DNA from: Catajapyx aquilonaris
Taxonomy: Eukaryota
DNA: 64,000 nt
Assembly (NCBI GenBank): GCA_000934665.2
Contig: KZ538196.1
Coordinates: 1-64,000, forward strand
Direction of reading: 5' to 3'
The notes below the pieces were generated by a model, which did no database searches, was not told the origin of the DNA, and saw nothing but the letters and a program-made list of their open reading frames with translations. The translations under genes and the position numbers were made by a program. Below, one piece after another: positions 26,275 through 39,400 of the stretch (its first letter is position 1; each line of letters starts with the position of its first letter).

Positions 26275-26622
26275 TCAAATAACGCGAGCGCGTGATTCGA
26301 GTATACTTTTTCTCAATGGGCATCCGACACGATGCGATTTTAAATTGGACAGCAATGGCAGAATGTTGTCAGTCTCATTTATCGCTGCCAAGTAACCCAG
26401 TGAAACTAAATCATATGGTGTAGACTTGACCTTGGCGGGAAGAACGAACCCGGAAATAACCGGAAGTGGAAGCCACCGGAAATTGGCCATGAAACCTATT
26501 TAGGGTCCACTGAATCCGAATCCGAAAACTGTTTGTCGATATTTCTTGCGGTTTAGGCCCTGATACCTGTCCACGGACAGACAGACAGAACCGGTCTATT
26601 TTTGAGGAGAAAAAGTCTAAAA
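26275..26622 (-). mobile_element. HINE/DINE-1-like element, copy 2 (CRIP intron 1)
   Basis: Reverse complement of the 13046-13450 core (ccggaagtgg...gtttaggccctgatacctgtccacggacag), with a (gaca)n tract and AAAAAGTCT end. Confidence 0.7.
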
Positions 26623-26737
26623 TTGCAATAAAATCTGTAAAATAACAATAAAAACTAAATAGAACAGCATTAAACACATAATAAACCGACTATGTAACAA
26701 ATAAGTAAGCGAAAAGAGGCTGCATTATTGTTTAAAA

Positions 26738-26890
26738 TCTATAATATTATAATCCTCAGTTGTATGACCGAGGCTTCTGATTGGCTCGTCGTATTATGTT
26801 TGCACGACGCTTCCGATTGGCCCCAGTTATGCGCATGCGCTTTGGGGGGGGGGGGGGGNNNNNTATTCAGCGCCTCTGGTGGGTGGAAGG
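26738..26890 (+). mobile_element. Helitron-like 5' segment; second copy at 42097-42240
   Basis: Begins A|TCTAT...AATCCT. Shares tgaccgag..tctgattgg..cgacgcttcc.attgg..gcgca.gcgc..G-run..cgcctctggtgggtgg with the 42.1-kb copy. Confidence 0.55.
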
Positions 26891-27772
26891 CGGAACTAGC
26901 ATTGTTCAAAATTAGTGACTTCACTACTAAGATATGTCTCCAACATTGGATGACGTCAGGTCTTTCAGTCACTGGACATATAAGGATTTGAATTGACTAA
27001 AAAGGTGTATGGAAACATTAAGAGTAATGAACACACGTTACATGTTGACAGCAGAAACCATCAATAATTCGCAAATATCAAGGCAATAAATCACGCATTA
27101 CGACTATTCAATTAACCGGTTACATTGCAAGCTATATACCGATTTGGACGCAAAAAAAATGAGGTCTTTGCTCAAGGATGAACAAACCCATTCATGAATC
27201 CACTTAGCCTACTTATACACATGTTTTTTTACGTGCATATTCTCTCTCGTCTAACCACACAAAAACCGGCTTTCAACCCGCCCTTAAAACTGTTCCAAAA
27301 ATGTGAACAACCTCATCTCTGTGTGGGTAAAGTATGTGCTCTGAGAGAAGGTGACCTCTCCCACCCACTTGACCTTTTTCTCTCTATCCAACCCGACCGC
27401 TGCGGTTGTGTGTTTTTTTTTCCTTTTCATAACCGTGATCTAACTCTACTGCCTTTTACGTCAGTTTTTCCAAGCTGCGATTATTCACGACGGAAGCCGC
27501 ACCTTTTTTTCTCTTTCTCTTTACATGCACTTACATCAGGTAATGACCAGTGTGAGGCTTTGAAGCGACTCAGGAAAAGTTGTAAGGTCACGTAATACCT
27601 TTTTCCAACTAAACGGCACACACGCTTCCCAACCGACCAAAATCTTTAAATTATAATTATATTATAAAGTGTAAAGCATGTTTGTTACAGTTACGGTTAG
27701 TTATGTTGATGTGTAATTAACAGTTACTGTATGTCAGATAACACTTTCTAAATGCAACATCTTTCGTATCAT

Positions 27773-27819
<47 letters not shown>

Positions 27820-27829
27820 ATAGTAGTAG
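27773..27829. repeat. (TAG)n microsatellite
   Basis: About 19 near-perfect units. Confidence 0.95.
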
Positions 27830-28584
27830 TGCTAAAAATGATTTTTGGAAAATATTTAAAAAAAACAAAAAAAATATTGAAAGCCTTGCACATTATTGCC
27901 AATAATTATTGGCAATAATTATTAGCAATAATGTGCAAGGCTTTCAATACTTGATGCTTGTATTTATTCAATATCAATTATTGATACATTTTTTGATTGT
28001 TTTAATAGTTTACGAGTATATAACTAATTGAGGACATTGATGTAAAGGGGGGCGTAATCCACTAAGATAATTAGAAACAATTTAGTCATGAGAGAAACAT
28101 GATGAATATTTGGAGAAAGACTAGAACATTTCCAACATTTTTCTATAATCGTTAATTATTATTCCCATTTATCTCGAGATAACTGTGGGTTACGCCCCCC
28201 ATTTCTTTCCACTGAAAGTTATGTGCGGAACTTTTGTTATGTAACACTTTCGAATACCGACGTCTTGCATGCCATAAGCGTCGCAATTATTACTAATGGA
28301 CCGGCTTTATGCGCAACACATTGCTGAAACTGACCGTAAGTGATGACATCACCGGTTAATTAGTAATCATAGTTTAATACTGGTTATGACGTCATCTGAT
28401 CTTCAAATACACAGCAATATCCTTAATTTGTTTTAACGAAACAATTAAATGATTGTAATTATTACACTTGACTCGCAGTAGATGTGACTCTGATCGGTTT
28501 TCTTCATTTAGATTTGACATTAAGTTAAATATTGACTTTAAGTACGATACATCCGGTTGATAAGTAAACCCAATTTAAACTCAC

Positions 28585-28624
28585 CGAAGTAGACGGGCTT
28601 ATCGCACTTGGGACAGTTGGGCAT
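28585..28624 (-). CDS. CRIP: CRIP (cysteine-rich intestinal protein-like, single LIM) exon 1, MPNCPKCDKPVYF
   Basis: ATG in an ACC-ATG context, supplying the first CxxC of the LIM domain; donor GTGAGT, phase 1. The three exons total 40+153+44 = 237 nt, i.e. 78 aa plus stop. Confidence 0.95.
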
Positions 28625-29011
28625 GGTGACAGGTGGTTTTTATCCTGGAGCCAAACTTAGGCAACAATGTTCTAGCTTCGAATACGTGTGCTCGACTGCA
28701 GCTCCACTCAACCAACGACTTGTCTGATATAACCAGCCAGAGCTCTCTAGGGGAAGTAGGCGTGTTACAAACCACACACACACACGCTGACACACTCAAC
28801 AAAAAAAAATTGGTGTGTGTTGGGTTGCATATGATCCCAGGAGGAATAGACTTTTGCTTCTGGATGAGTCCTGGTGGAAGGGTGTTGCTATAAATAGTGG
28901 CGGAGACAAATGCAGCAGGGGATGCTTTTTTCGGGATCGTGCTTTTGCCAGTCTGAATAAGGGAGAGGTTCAGGAAGGACAACATTTTTTGAGGGGGTGA
29001 AGCTGCAAACA
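28625..29011. promoter_or_regulatory. Putative bidirectional promoter for CRIP (-) and the PDZ gene (+), with a MEF2/TATA site
   Basis: Divergent ATGs only 387 bp apart. CTATAAATAG at 28888-28897 matches the MEF2 consensus CTA(A/T)4TAG and contains TATAAATA. Confidence 0.7.
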
Positions 29012-29119
29012 ATGGCCAAGATGTTGTGCATATTGTTGCAGAGGAGTCACGACACAATTCCGTGGGGGATCAGGATCACTGGTGGAGTGGACTTCAGGGC
29101 GCCTATCACCATTCAGAAG
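29012..29119 (+). CDS. Zasp/PDLIM-type PDZ protein, first exon A (PDZ N-half)
   Basis: MAKMLCILLQRSHDTIPWGIRITGGVDFRAPITIQK carries the 'PWGfRl.GG.DF..P.ti.k' signature of ALP/Enigma/Zasp PDZ domains. Donor GTCAGT, phase 0. Confidence 0.9.
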
Positions 29120-30545
29120 GTCAGTTTACGACTATGTGACAGGAGGTACCATAAGCCTCACATAGATGGCCACTCTCAGGGTCGTGCAAGAAAATTCTAC
29201 ACCAAAAACGTAACTTATAAACAAACGTGTTTGGGCACAGGCAACTAAGGCCATAAAGCTAGGAGAAAACAGGCGAATCCCAAGAAAACTACGCGAGCAC
29301 GGAGAGAACCAAATCTGAACTTGAGCGACCTAGTGTCCTGTCAAATCAATGTCTTGAACATTGTTGTCTAATAGGATGCTACGTGTTGACAAGTGACGGG
29401 CCAGATAAGCCCTAAACGTTGTTGGCAATTTCCTGTGTAAAATGCAGCATTGGGAAAACCCCCCTTTCCTTTTTGGCTTGAAAGGTGGTTTGGCAGAAAC
29501 TCCCTTGTTATTTTAAGACAACTGCACTTTCACGTGCTAATGATGCAACCGCAACCCGCTGTCCTTACCATTGTTACACATGGCAACAATAAATCCAGTT
29601 GGCGATCTGCCGGGAATTCAGACACCTCGTTTAACTCTATCACACACGTACGATTCAAAAACAGTGGCTTAAAAATTAATTAGTAGAGAGGGTCTATAAT
29701 AGCTTTAAAATCGTGCGATTTTATTTCTGCTAATTTTCTAGTCGAGGTTTAAAATGTTTAGGAATCTAACTGTAGAATCTACAGTTATTAAACCTCCAGT
29801 TTGAAAAAAAAAAAAAAAACTCGCTTCGCTCGTTTTAAACTGTTTTAAACATCGATTCTGCCAGAGGAATCTTCTGATACATTTTGTTGATCGCTTTTTC
29901 GCCAAAAATAAGTTAACTGCCTCCTGCCATTGGGTGTGTTAGGCCACGTGACACGGAGTTTATCTTTCAAGTAACACTCCCTCCAACTGTGAGCAAACAA
30001 ACTTTCCAAACCATCACAGTCGTCCTATTTTACTTGGGAATTACCCTGCAGTCATACTGCAACTAAAACTGGCTGCTGATAACCACTCTATTATTGGCTT
30101 TTGTCTTAACTTGCCAGACCTGGTTAATCAACATCTGGAAAATCCCTGCCTGCTGATATCAGCTGACATTCCCGTCATATCAACTTTGCTACGGGGCGTG
30201 ATGGCAACGCCGTCTGTTGCCATGGTCCTAAAGTGTATCTGAAAGCTTCAAAGCTGCTCGCCATCTCCCGGTCGTTCCAAACAACAGCTGGACTACAGGG
30301 TGTGCCAATAATTCGGCAGATATTAGCAAGCATATGGCCATATGGGGTTTAAAAAATTTTCTCTCTCTAATAATTATGATCAGTATGTAATGCAACAGTG
30401 TACCACGTCGTTTAATAGTCCAGCTCAATCAAATTGCAATTGCGTGCACAAATTGTACATCCCGGAAGGAACAGTCCATTCAATTATTTTCGCATCCGGA
30501 CATTACGCAACCAGTGTTGGCAGCCTCGTTTTTTCTCTCTCTCAG

Positions 30546-30829
30546 GTGACGCATGGCAGCCTGGCATCTCAACACCTGAGTCCAGGAGATGTGATAGTCA
30601 GCATCCAAGGGCTGGACACTAGTCTTCTATACCACATGGAGGCCAGCGATCTGATCCGGGAAGCGGGGAACTCCCTAGAGCTGACCGTCTGGAAGCGATC
30701 GTCCAATCCGAGCTCAGAGTGTCCGTCATCCAATGGGTCCTGCACGATGAGCCCTGCCATTGGGAAGGACTTCTGGCCTGATCGATTCTGGCCAGCCAAC
30801 TGCACATCGCCGCTTCCGGATTATCATAT
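30546..30829 (+). CDS. PDZ C-half plus Ser/Pro linker
   Basis: VTHGSLASQHLSPGDVIVSIQGLDTSLLYHMEASDLIREAGNSLELTV... Acceptor ctctctcAG, donor GTAAGT, phase 0->2. Confidence 0.9.
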
Positions 30830-31254
30830 GTAAGTGGGATGCTGGGGAATGGACCCGGGACTAATCGATTCTTCATATTACACTACAATAAGCCTCCATG
30901 TTGTCAAATTGGACGGAAAAAAGAGGGATAACTTATGACAATTAGTATATTTCCGCATTGAGAGGAGGGCTGGCCTTCGGTGGCCTTCACGTGTCTATCT
31001 GTGACCATAAATTTTCATCGCATAAAGGCGCAATGGTTTGTTTGTTTGTTTGTTTGTTTGTTTAATTATTTGTCTGCCTGCCTCTTTGTGAACCCATTGC
31101 TACAATTTCCGGACTGTCCAAATAGTGCCATTCCCATCGCATAGATGGCGCATCATCTCTCTCAGCACACTCCTCTCCTGCTACTGTCAGGGTCATGACG
31201 GGGAAAGTGGTACTATCACCTCGGACAAACAAATGGAAACATAACCGATTTTAC

Positions 31255-31305
<51 letters not shown>

Positions 31306-31365
31306 TTTGTTTGCTTGCTTGCTTGTTCATTCATTCATTTATTTATTTATGTATGTATTTATTTA

Positions 31366-31550
31366 CTAGCAGTATCACCCGTTCTTCGCCCAGGAATTGA
31401 ATAATATATTGAAAAATTATAGAAGTTGCCATGGTAATACCCCGTTGCCATGGGCACCCGTTGCTGTGGCAGCAGAATAGGGCTGTAGAGGGGAAGGGAA
31501 ATGGGACATACCGACAGACTTTCCTTTCTATGCAGCCTATACAGTATATG
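31366..31550 (-). mobile_element. Short non-autonomous Helitron, inverted relative to 32651-32830
   Basis: On the minus strand it ends with a GC hairpin followed by ...actgCTAG|T. It sits next to a (TTTA)n tract at about 31251-31365. Confidence 0.7.
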
Positions 31551-32086
31551 TTTTTTTTAAAAATAATTTACTTATTTACTGAGCGAAGTATTACGGTAAT
31601 TTACTTTCGTAAATTATTGCGTCCAATTTGGACTTAGCGGCTTGACAACAAAGAGGAGGTTGCCACTAGTTTGCACCCACATTTTTTCCCCCCCCGAACT
31701 TTTTGGGTTGATACCAAAAAGCGTGGGTTTTGACCCCCGTGCATGCCATTCCGATCGGGAAAATTTACAACAATCGGACGAGTCCTTGAGGATAATAAGT
31801 AAGAGAGCCCCAGCCGGGGCCAACAATGTATTTTGTTCCAAAAATTTTAAAAACAATGTCACCCTCTCGCTCGGATCAAAAACAACCCGGGTGAAGGTTA
31901 AACTGTCAGGGCATTAATTCCGGATCTCTCTGGCCCTGGTTCATCTAAATTTAACCCACTCTAATTTTACCCATGTGACGAGATCATCATCAAGAAAAAG
32001 TGATGCCAGTGCTGCCAACCCACGCGGTCAACAATGGCCGAGGTCAGTTCCCCCCCTTTGTCATTTTTATTTTCTTTTTCAACAAG

Positions 32087-32264
32087 TGGGGTGGGTGACA
32101 GTGACCAATTATTTTGGGGAGGGGGTCGGAGGAATGAGGGTACACCGCACCCCCGGCATCCGGAAAAAGCAGCTAAAGATCTTCCTCTGAAAATACACGT
32201 GGTTCGGCGACACAGTTTGGCGCTGGACCGGCAAATTGCAAGTGGAGACAACAACGGCTCTTGA
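32087..32264 (+). CDS. Candidate alternative terminal exon for a short PDZ-only isoform
   Basis: Long polypyrimidine tract plus an AAG acceptor. Phase 2 joins the PDZ exon in frame (GVGDSDQLFW...RRHSL...NNGS*); AATAAA at about 32607-32630. No recognisable homology. Confidence 0.35.
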
Positions 32265-32650
32265 TTATTCAAGCCCCAGGACTTGGCCTGGGAACACACT
32301 CAAAATGTGCTCTGGTTTTGTCCGAATCATTATTTACGAAGACACTATGCGGACATGTTGTGAAGCGGACATATTTTTAGGTCCTTGAGCACAATTCATG
32401 GCTTCCGGGTGACATAACCAAATTTAAAAAAAGAAAAACTCCGTACCTTTAAAAAAAACAACTTATGGGCTGACAGCATGTAATGCACTTCCGGAGTTGC
32501 GCAATTTCTGACTTTAGAATGTCATATGCAGATATTCAAAGAGGATGTCCAGGATGCCTTTTAATTTGACAAATGTACAGTACAAAATGTACGTTAAATA
32601 TATGAAATAAATAAGCCCATAACGAATAAATCGTGTAAAATAAATAACAA

Positions 32651-32830
32651 CACATACTATGCTGTATGTAAAAGGGAAAGTTTGTCGGTTTGTCCCATTC
32701 CCCTTCCCCTACCGCCTTCTCTGACCATAGCAACCGGTGACCATGGCAACGGACCGGGTGTCCATAGCAACAGTGTTACAGTAGCAACGGGATTCTTCAA
32801 TTCCCGTGCGAAGAACGGGTATACTGCTAG
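32651..32830 (+). mobile_element. Short non-autonomous Helitron
   Basis: 3' hairpin CCCGTGCGAAGAACGGG followed by tatactgCTAG|T; 5' aaagggaaagtttgtcggtttgtccc. A third remnant lies at about 32990-33104. Confidence 0.75.
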
Positions 32831-33136
32831 TAATACAAATAAATTAATCTAAATTATTATAGCATAATATAATAGAAAGTATAATGTCAGTAAATAAATA
32901 TAAATATAGTGTAACATAATATTTATAAATGTATAAAAAGGCATCTTTTATACGATAAATTACGATATACGATTATTACGATAAAATATAAGCAATGTTT
33001 GTTTGTTTGTCCAGGTTTGATTATTATCATGGCAACCTGTTTCCATTGGTATCAACGTATTGTTGTTAGAAACATGCGGTGCGAAGAACGTGCTCCGCTG
33101 CTAATAATTTTTTTAAAAAACCACTGAAAGAAAATA

Positions 33137-33240
33137 CAGGGTGACCCTAAAGTCTAGACACATAATAGGTAAATAGGCATTGTTGGTTGCCAGTATGTTG
33201 TCAGCCAACCTGTGTGTCCATATACTTTAGGGTCACCTTG
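33137..33240. mobile_element. 104-bp mariner-type MITE
   Basis: TA|CAGGGTGACCCTAAAGT ... ACTTTAGGGTCACCTTG|TA. Confidence 0.8.
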
Positions 33241-33924
33241 TAGATACAAATGTTGTCTTTAACAATTTTTTTTTTCTGTCCAAGGAATCGCAATATCCGC
33301 ATAAAGGTTTAGCAGACAAACAATCAAGCTCCAGAAGTGGTCAGCACTTCTCTTTATGACCCACTGCCAGAATTGAAGTGTGTATTTGCGGCACCTTTAG
33401 TGACCCGGTCCTCTGGCTGGATGTGACCCACTTTCTGAGGCCACTTTAGTCCCCTCTTTCGAAGGCGAACCTTTCGACACCTTCCCTGCATCGAGTCTTG
33501 AGATGAGGGTGATTTATAGGCGCCGGCGCCACGGGCCATCCCTCCTGGCCACATCCCAAAATCGTGTCCCTTGGCACCCACCCACCCAACCACCCACCTA
33601 CCTACCCAGTGTGCATCGGATCACCAAAAATAAACCTGAGGTCTGCCTCTGCCTTCCTTCCTTCCTTCCTTCCAAACACCGAACCGGAGGAGAATCCAGA
33701 GGACCTCCGTTGACGACACACACACGCAGAGAAAAACCCTCCGAAGAAAGAAGTCAGTGGTGGTGGAGGGGGTTTAAGTGGGGGGCAAACAGCCAGGAGG
33801 TGAAGGACAGGTCAAGTTGGGTCGCGCGCGTGTGTGTGTGTGTCTAAAGCCCTCCGACCAGTCACCTCTGACCTGCTGACCTCACACAAAAAAACCAGCA
33901 GATAAAAAAAGTGTGTATGTGACC

Positions 33925-33953
33925 ATGAGCAACGAAGGAACCGCGCCATGGAG
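33925..33953 (+). CDS. Alternative first coding exon B, MSNEGTAPW(R)
   Basis: ACC-ATG start and strong donor AG|GTGAGT. Phase 2 matches the common exon at 43128; preceded by a GC-rich promoter-like region at about 33500-33900. Confidence 0.7.
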
Positions 33954-35344
33954 GTGAGTACATACTGTTCAAACGGGACAGGTTTGGGTAGGGTGGGACA
34001 CTTTCAATGACATGATTCGTACACCTCTAAAAATTTGAGTTAAAATATTCCCAACTGTAAGAATTCGTGAAAAAAAGTCACTAATTTTCGCTAAAAAAAC
34101 AACAACATTGGGTGGAATTTTCGTTGCACTGCTAGTTACTGCTAAATTAGCAGTAGTCCTACCAATGCACGAAGCTGGTAGGCCTACTGCTAAGTTACTG
34201 CTAAGTTAGCAGTAACTAGCAGTGGAAAATTCTTTGCACGAAAATGACTGAAATTGAGTTAATTTCAACTCAAATATTTTTCGAGTGTACACATAATTAT
34301 ATTGTGACAAACTCGTACATCAGGCGAATGAACCGCGTTATAGAGCCAATTTTCTCCAACTATTTAACGAGAAGTTAAGAGCTAACTGCAGTTTCGTGAT
34401 ATGGCATTTAAACTGCTATTAGCTTCTAAAAGAAACGTCATAATATGAGTTACATTTTCCAGTTTTAAGAATTTTTGAGCAAAAAAGATGAGTGAATTTC
34501 AATTTAAATTATTTCATCCACATGCTTATAGTTTTAATGTTATTTAAAGTGAAAGTGACTGTGAGTAAATTTTCATTCATATATTTTTTTGGGTGTACAC
34601 ATGCGCGACAAACTTGTACTTGGTATATTAAGCGAATTAACTGCGTTTATATAGGGTCAATTTTTTCCAACCATTTAACAACAGTTAAGAGCTAACTGCA
34701 ATTTTCTGATTTGGCACTTAAACTGCTATCAGCTTCTAACGGTCAGTTAAAATTGTTGAGAAATATCAGTGATTTTTTTTTCCTTCCAATTATTGTGTAG
34801 GATAGGGTTTCGTCCCATATTATGCTTTTATCGAACAATGTAAAAGCGTCATATCTGTGCATCATTCTTGGCTCAAGCCCCCTATATTGTTCACTGACAC
34901 AACACCTGTCGTCCATGGAACACCCCCACGAAAAATTCTTTTTTGGCCCGCAACAAACTCTTCAAAGGTCACAACAACTAAAACTTCCAGACAAAATCTC
35001 ACGGTTCCCAAGTCCTTGTCACCATTCCGACCGGCAACTCGACAACAACGAAAAAAAAAAAGAGGAAAGAAATAACGAAACCTCCGATGCCATACATGGA
35101 TATCAGGCCGACATCAAGGTCTCTACAATGTTTTTCTGATCCTTATACCACAGGGTGGTGCACTGTCTAACAATAACCGTACATTAATAAATAATAAATT
35201 ATTATTATATAAATATAACATATATAATATAATATAATAATATATTATTTAATTATAAATAACCATACATAAGTGTGGAATAGTAGCCCATAAAATAATG
35301 TAATATTCGATATCACAATTTAAATATGAATATGAATATAAATA

Positions 35345-35551
35345 CAGGGTGGTCCAAGTTCAAGTGTCGTTTTATAACGGCGATTAATAGCAGTGATTTT
35401 GCGATGACGTAGCAGCGACGCGTAAAATCTCCCACGTCGGCGCATCTTCGGCGCAATCGAAGTGGGCAATTTTACACGTCGCTGCTACGTCATCGCTAAG
35501 CGCTTCTATTAATCGCCGTTATAAAACGACACTTGAACTTGGACCACCCTG
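35345..35551. mobile_element. 207-bp mariner-type hairpin MITE
   Basis: TA|CAGGGTGGTCCAAGTTCAAGTGTCGTTTTATAACGGCGATTAATAG ... perfect inverted copy ...CACCCTG|TA. Confidence 0.9.
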
Positions 35552-36452
35552 TATAATGAAAATATATTATAACATGTAATAACTGTGATGCTGTTTGGTA
35601 CATTTTGGGGGAGCTTAGGCAACTAAGACACCGACAGTTTCAAGTGAATGGCGCTTTCATCTCTGGTTGGGCTTTTAATCTATTTCTCTCCGCTATTGTT
35701 GGACTATGGACATAGCCTGTTGTCTATATCCACTGTCTATGGCAGCGGTTTTGCGCGTGCGAAACGTGGGCGTAGAACATGGGCCGCCTGGAGGAATCCG
35801 TCCAGACGTACTAAGGATAGAACCGGTGAATCACTCCCTATTTTTTTTTTCTTCTTTCTTCTTTTCTTCGGTCTTGTTTCCTGGCCCAAGTCATCTGTCC
35901 TCGTTAGCTCGGAGACTAGGTATTCAGGCCACAGCCATTCACTTCTGAGACACCTTGTTCTCCTTCGCGAAAATTATCGACACCTTTACGACGAGATGCG
36001 GTTGTTGGAAGAAAAAAAATTATGCGAACATCCAAACCGCATAGACCGCATCCGTTGGCCTTCGCGAAAAAAAATGTGCGCGAATTTTTCGCACTGATTC
36101 ACCCCCTCGTGGTTATGCAATTTATTTTGCACACGCCTACGTACATAGAGGGTCAGTAGAGGGTTGCTTACTTTATTTTGTTAATTCCTTACATGGCGGA
36201 GATGCCTGGAGGTGACGTGTGGGTATTGAGTCTATGAAGGCGACGAAGCGATGACGTAGCGGAAGATTGTGCCAGAGACTATTCTCGGGGGCGGAACTAA
36301 CAATAGTTTAGGGGAGGGCTTTGTAATCAGTCATGTCGTAAGTGCAGGGGGGACATTAACAGCTGCACTTCCACTTACAAGTCAGTCTAATGCACTTTTG
36401 TTTCGAAGAAAAAGTGATCGGCAAGACTTATTTAGAAATGTGGGTTGGCGTC

Positions 36453-36494
<42 letters not shown>
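36453..36494. repeat. (GAT)n microsatellite
   Basis: About 14 perfect units. Confidence 0.95.
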
Positions 36495-39400
36495 ATGTTC
36501 ATCAACTGGTTCATAAAAGTTATCCTTATAATTTAATTATAGAAAATATGAGTTGGGATTATCCCCTTACAGTATATTTAAATGAGCATTTTATGTGCAA
36601 AATATTTTTCATAATATTTAAAATGCTCATTTTAATTGCTTTAAGGGCATAATCACAACGCATATTTTCTATAATTAAGTTATAATGGTAACTTGTACAT
36701 CGAATACATGCTGCAAAAGCCTGCAGTTACGTTCTTGTTGCATCTAGTTAAAAATCAAGCTAATTTTAATTATTTAAAATGCATCTTAGAAATCAAGCTA
36801 ATTTTAATTATTAAAAATGCATCTTACAAATGAATCTAATTTTAATTATTAAAATGGACCTTAAAATCAAGTTAATTTTAATAATTTAAATTAGCTTGAT
36901 TTGTAAGATACACAAAATGGTTTTTGCAGCACGTTTGATATAAGTTACCATTATAATTTAATTGTAGAAAATATGAGCTGGAATTATTGCCCTTAAGACG
37001 GCTTAGAGTAATTAAAATAAGCATTTTATATGTGCATTTTAATATGACAATTAGCTTGATTTTGAAGATGCAACAGGCTTTTGCAGCAACATATTTTTTT
37101 TACCACTAGGAGTTGAACTAACTTCAAAACAATTTTTAGAACCATGTCTCAAATATTGATTTTTAATCGATATAAAATTCAGAAATATTTGCATATCCGG
37201 CCTGTTTTGCAAAAAAAAATTGTGCAAAAAATGAAAAGCGGTGCAGCAGCAGACAGTTCGTTTCTTGACCCCGCAAAGAGTGTGTACATGTGCCGCGCGT
37301 ATATCTCAGTTCAGGAAAAGAGGAGAGAGGCCAGTGGCTTCTAGCAGTTTGGCCCACCCCAAAAAATTGGTGGTTCCAAGGGGCTTTTTAGACTGGGTGC
37401 TGGCTGGCTGGCCGTGTGAACCGGTTTAAATTTGGCCACCGACTCTGGCCATGGTCCAACTTCAGCATCTTCTTTTTTTTTGGCCAACCATTTTCTTTTC
37501 CTCCTGAGGTCCCAGGCCGCTTGATTCTAAAAGCGGAAACTTAACTCTCATCAGGAAGAAGTACACTCTGATGCTATATGCCTTTAGTGCCGCGTAATGT
37601 GCTCTTTGTTATACGACTGGGGGAGCCTTTTGCTATTGGGACTCATCCCAAACCCATGGCCAAATGGTTTTTGACTCCTGAGTATAAATAGGGGTCATAG
37701 ACTTCTGCTTTTTGCAAAAAAAAAAAGGGATGCAGTCAACTCCCAAATTGGTTGCTTCCGCAATTTTCTTTGCAGAGATCCGGTCCATGTGGTAAAGAAC
37801 AAAAAAAAATTAATCACATATATGCACATTTAGCTGGGTGATGCATCGTTGAACCTTGCACTTTCTGCACTATAAATATGAGTGAACTGTAATGCCCAGT
37901 AACGTCACGCTTGGCCATAACAGGTCTTTTCCATAAACATGCTCAAATGGGGCGTGTCTGACGTCAACATACAAGACAAGCAATCACCGCCTACACTCTG
38001 CACAAAAAATACCTATGGATATTTTAATGAATATTCTTTGATTAGTGAACAGCTAGCACATTTGGGAAATTAATTTTTCAACAGTTGTTGGATTACAAGT
38101 TACGTCAAGTGCCAATAATCTGGAATATTTGCTAATTTTTGCAATGGAAATATTTAACGATTTAGCATTTCAGTAGTTTTATTCATAATTTTTGCACAAT
38201 AATATTGAAGGGTCTGAGATTTTTTTAAAAAAACAGCCAAGCCCACCTTCGGGGGGTCTAATACAAATACGTGCAGAAATTATCTATTTTAATGTAATTG
38301 GGTATTAAATTGCGCATTTCCGTATGTAGCTAAGCTGTGGCAACATGTGGACGTAAAAATTGTCAATATTGTACCAATTAAAATTAAGTAATCAGGTCAT
38401 TTTACTACCAGTTTTTCCAAGTGGACTTGGCTGTTTTAAATCTCATACCTATGAATTTATTCATAGTGTGTTACTGTACTTGACAAGATTTTTATTACGA
38501 TTATGCAGGATTATTATATGAATTACAACTCGGACTTGAGACGTGGACTTAGCACCGGATTTAAGAAGTTGTTAACCCCTCGATGTGTTTGGATGGTGAA
38601 GAGTGTTATGCTCGTGTAATTTCGTGCTGACAGGACCGTGTTTACAAATCAGCTGATTTATCATCACTTCCTTGGAGTGATTGATAACATGCACATGCCT
38701 GAGAGAGAAAACCAGTGCTAATATTATTACACACATGTTCCTACTTGTACTGTAAAAAATAATTATTGCACCCGCGGTAAATCACATTTTGTGGAAACGC
38801 TCAGGAAACCGAGTTGACATTACAGCCCGGTATTATTTTTCCCTCCTCATGTGTTTTTGGATAGGTTTGGGAAAACGTTCAGGGATGCAGAGCGAGGTCG
38901 GTTCAACAGAGGCCAAAAGCCTGGCCTTGTTACATTATTGGACAAGTGTAGGTGGGCCGGCTCACAAGCACAAAAAAAAAGAAAGAAGTAAAAAAGGTGT
39001 GGGCTGCTGGAAAGATCTAGTATTCGAATAACCCGTGTGACTTAAAGGGAAGTCAAAGACATTTTTTAATTATTTATATACACGTAAAAAAAAGGAGCAA
39101 AGTGTGGCCTAGGGTTGGATACACTTGGTGTATAATTCAGATCTAAACTGCCAGCTGGCCACGTGACAACAAGGGCCCGATTTTTTTAAAAAGGAAGTTC
39201 TCCGGAAAAATTTGTGACTTCTCACATTGTAAATTTCAGAAATTCGCACATTTCATCGTAATGAGGATCCAAATTGGCAAAGTTTGTATGAATTTTGCAG
39301 GGAAATTGATTGTTGCACAGCCCCACAATAGCTGATTTTTTAAAGACTTCTTAATTAGCACAGTTGATTAGACTTGGGGCATTCCAGTGTTGTCGACTCA

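Noticed and set aside
35738..35811. Minus-strand frame ...LDGFLQAAHVLRPRFARAKPLP* resembling a neuropeptide F end (RPRF)
   Set aside because: It lacks the amidation/cleavage signal GKR, the spacing differs from NPF, and no start or signal-peptide exon was found.
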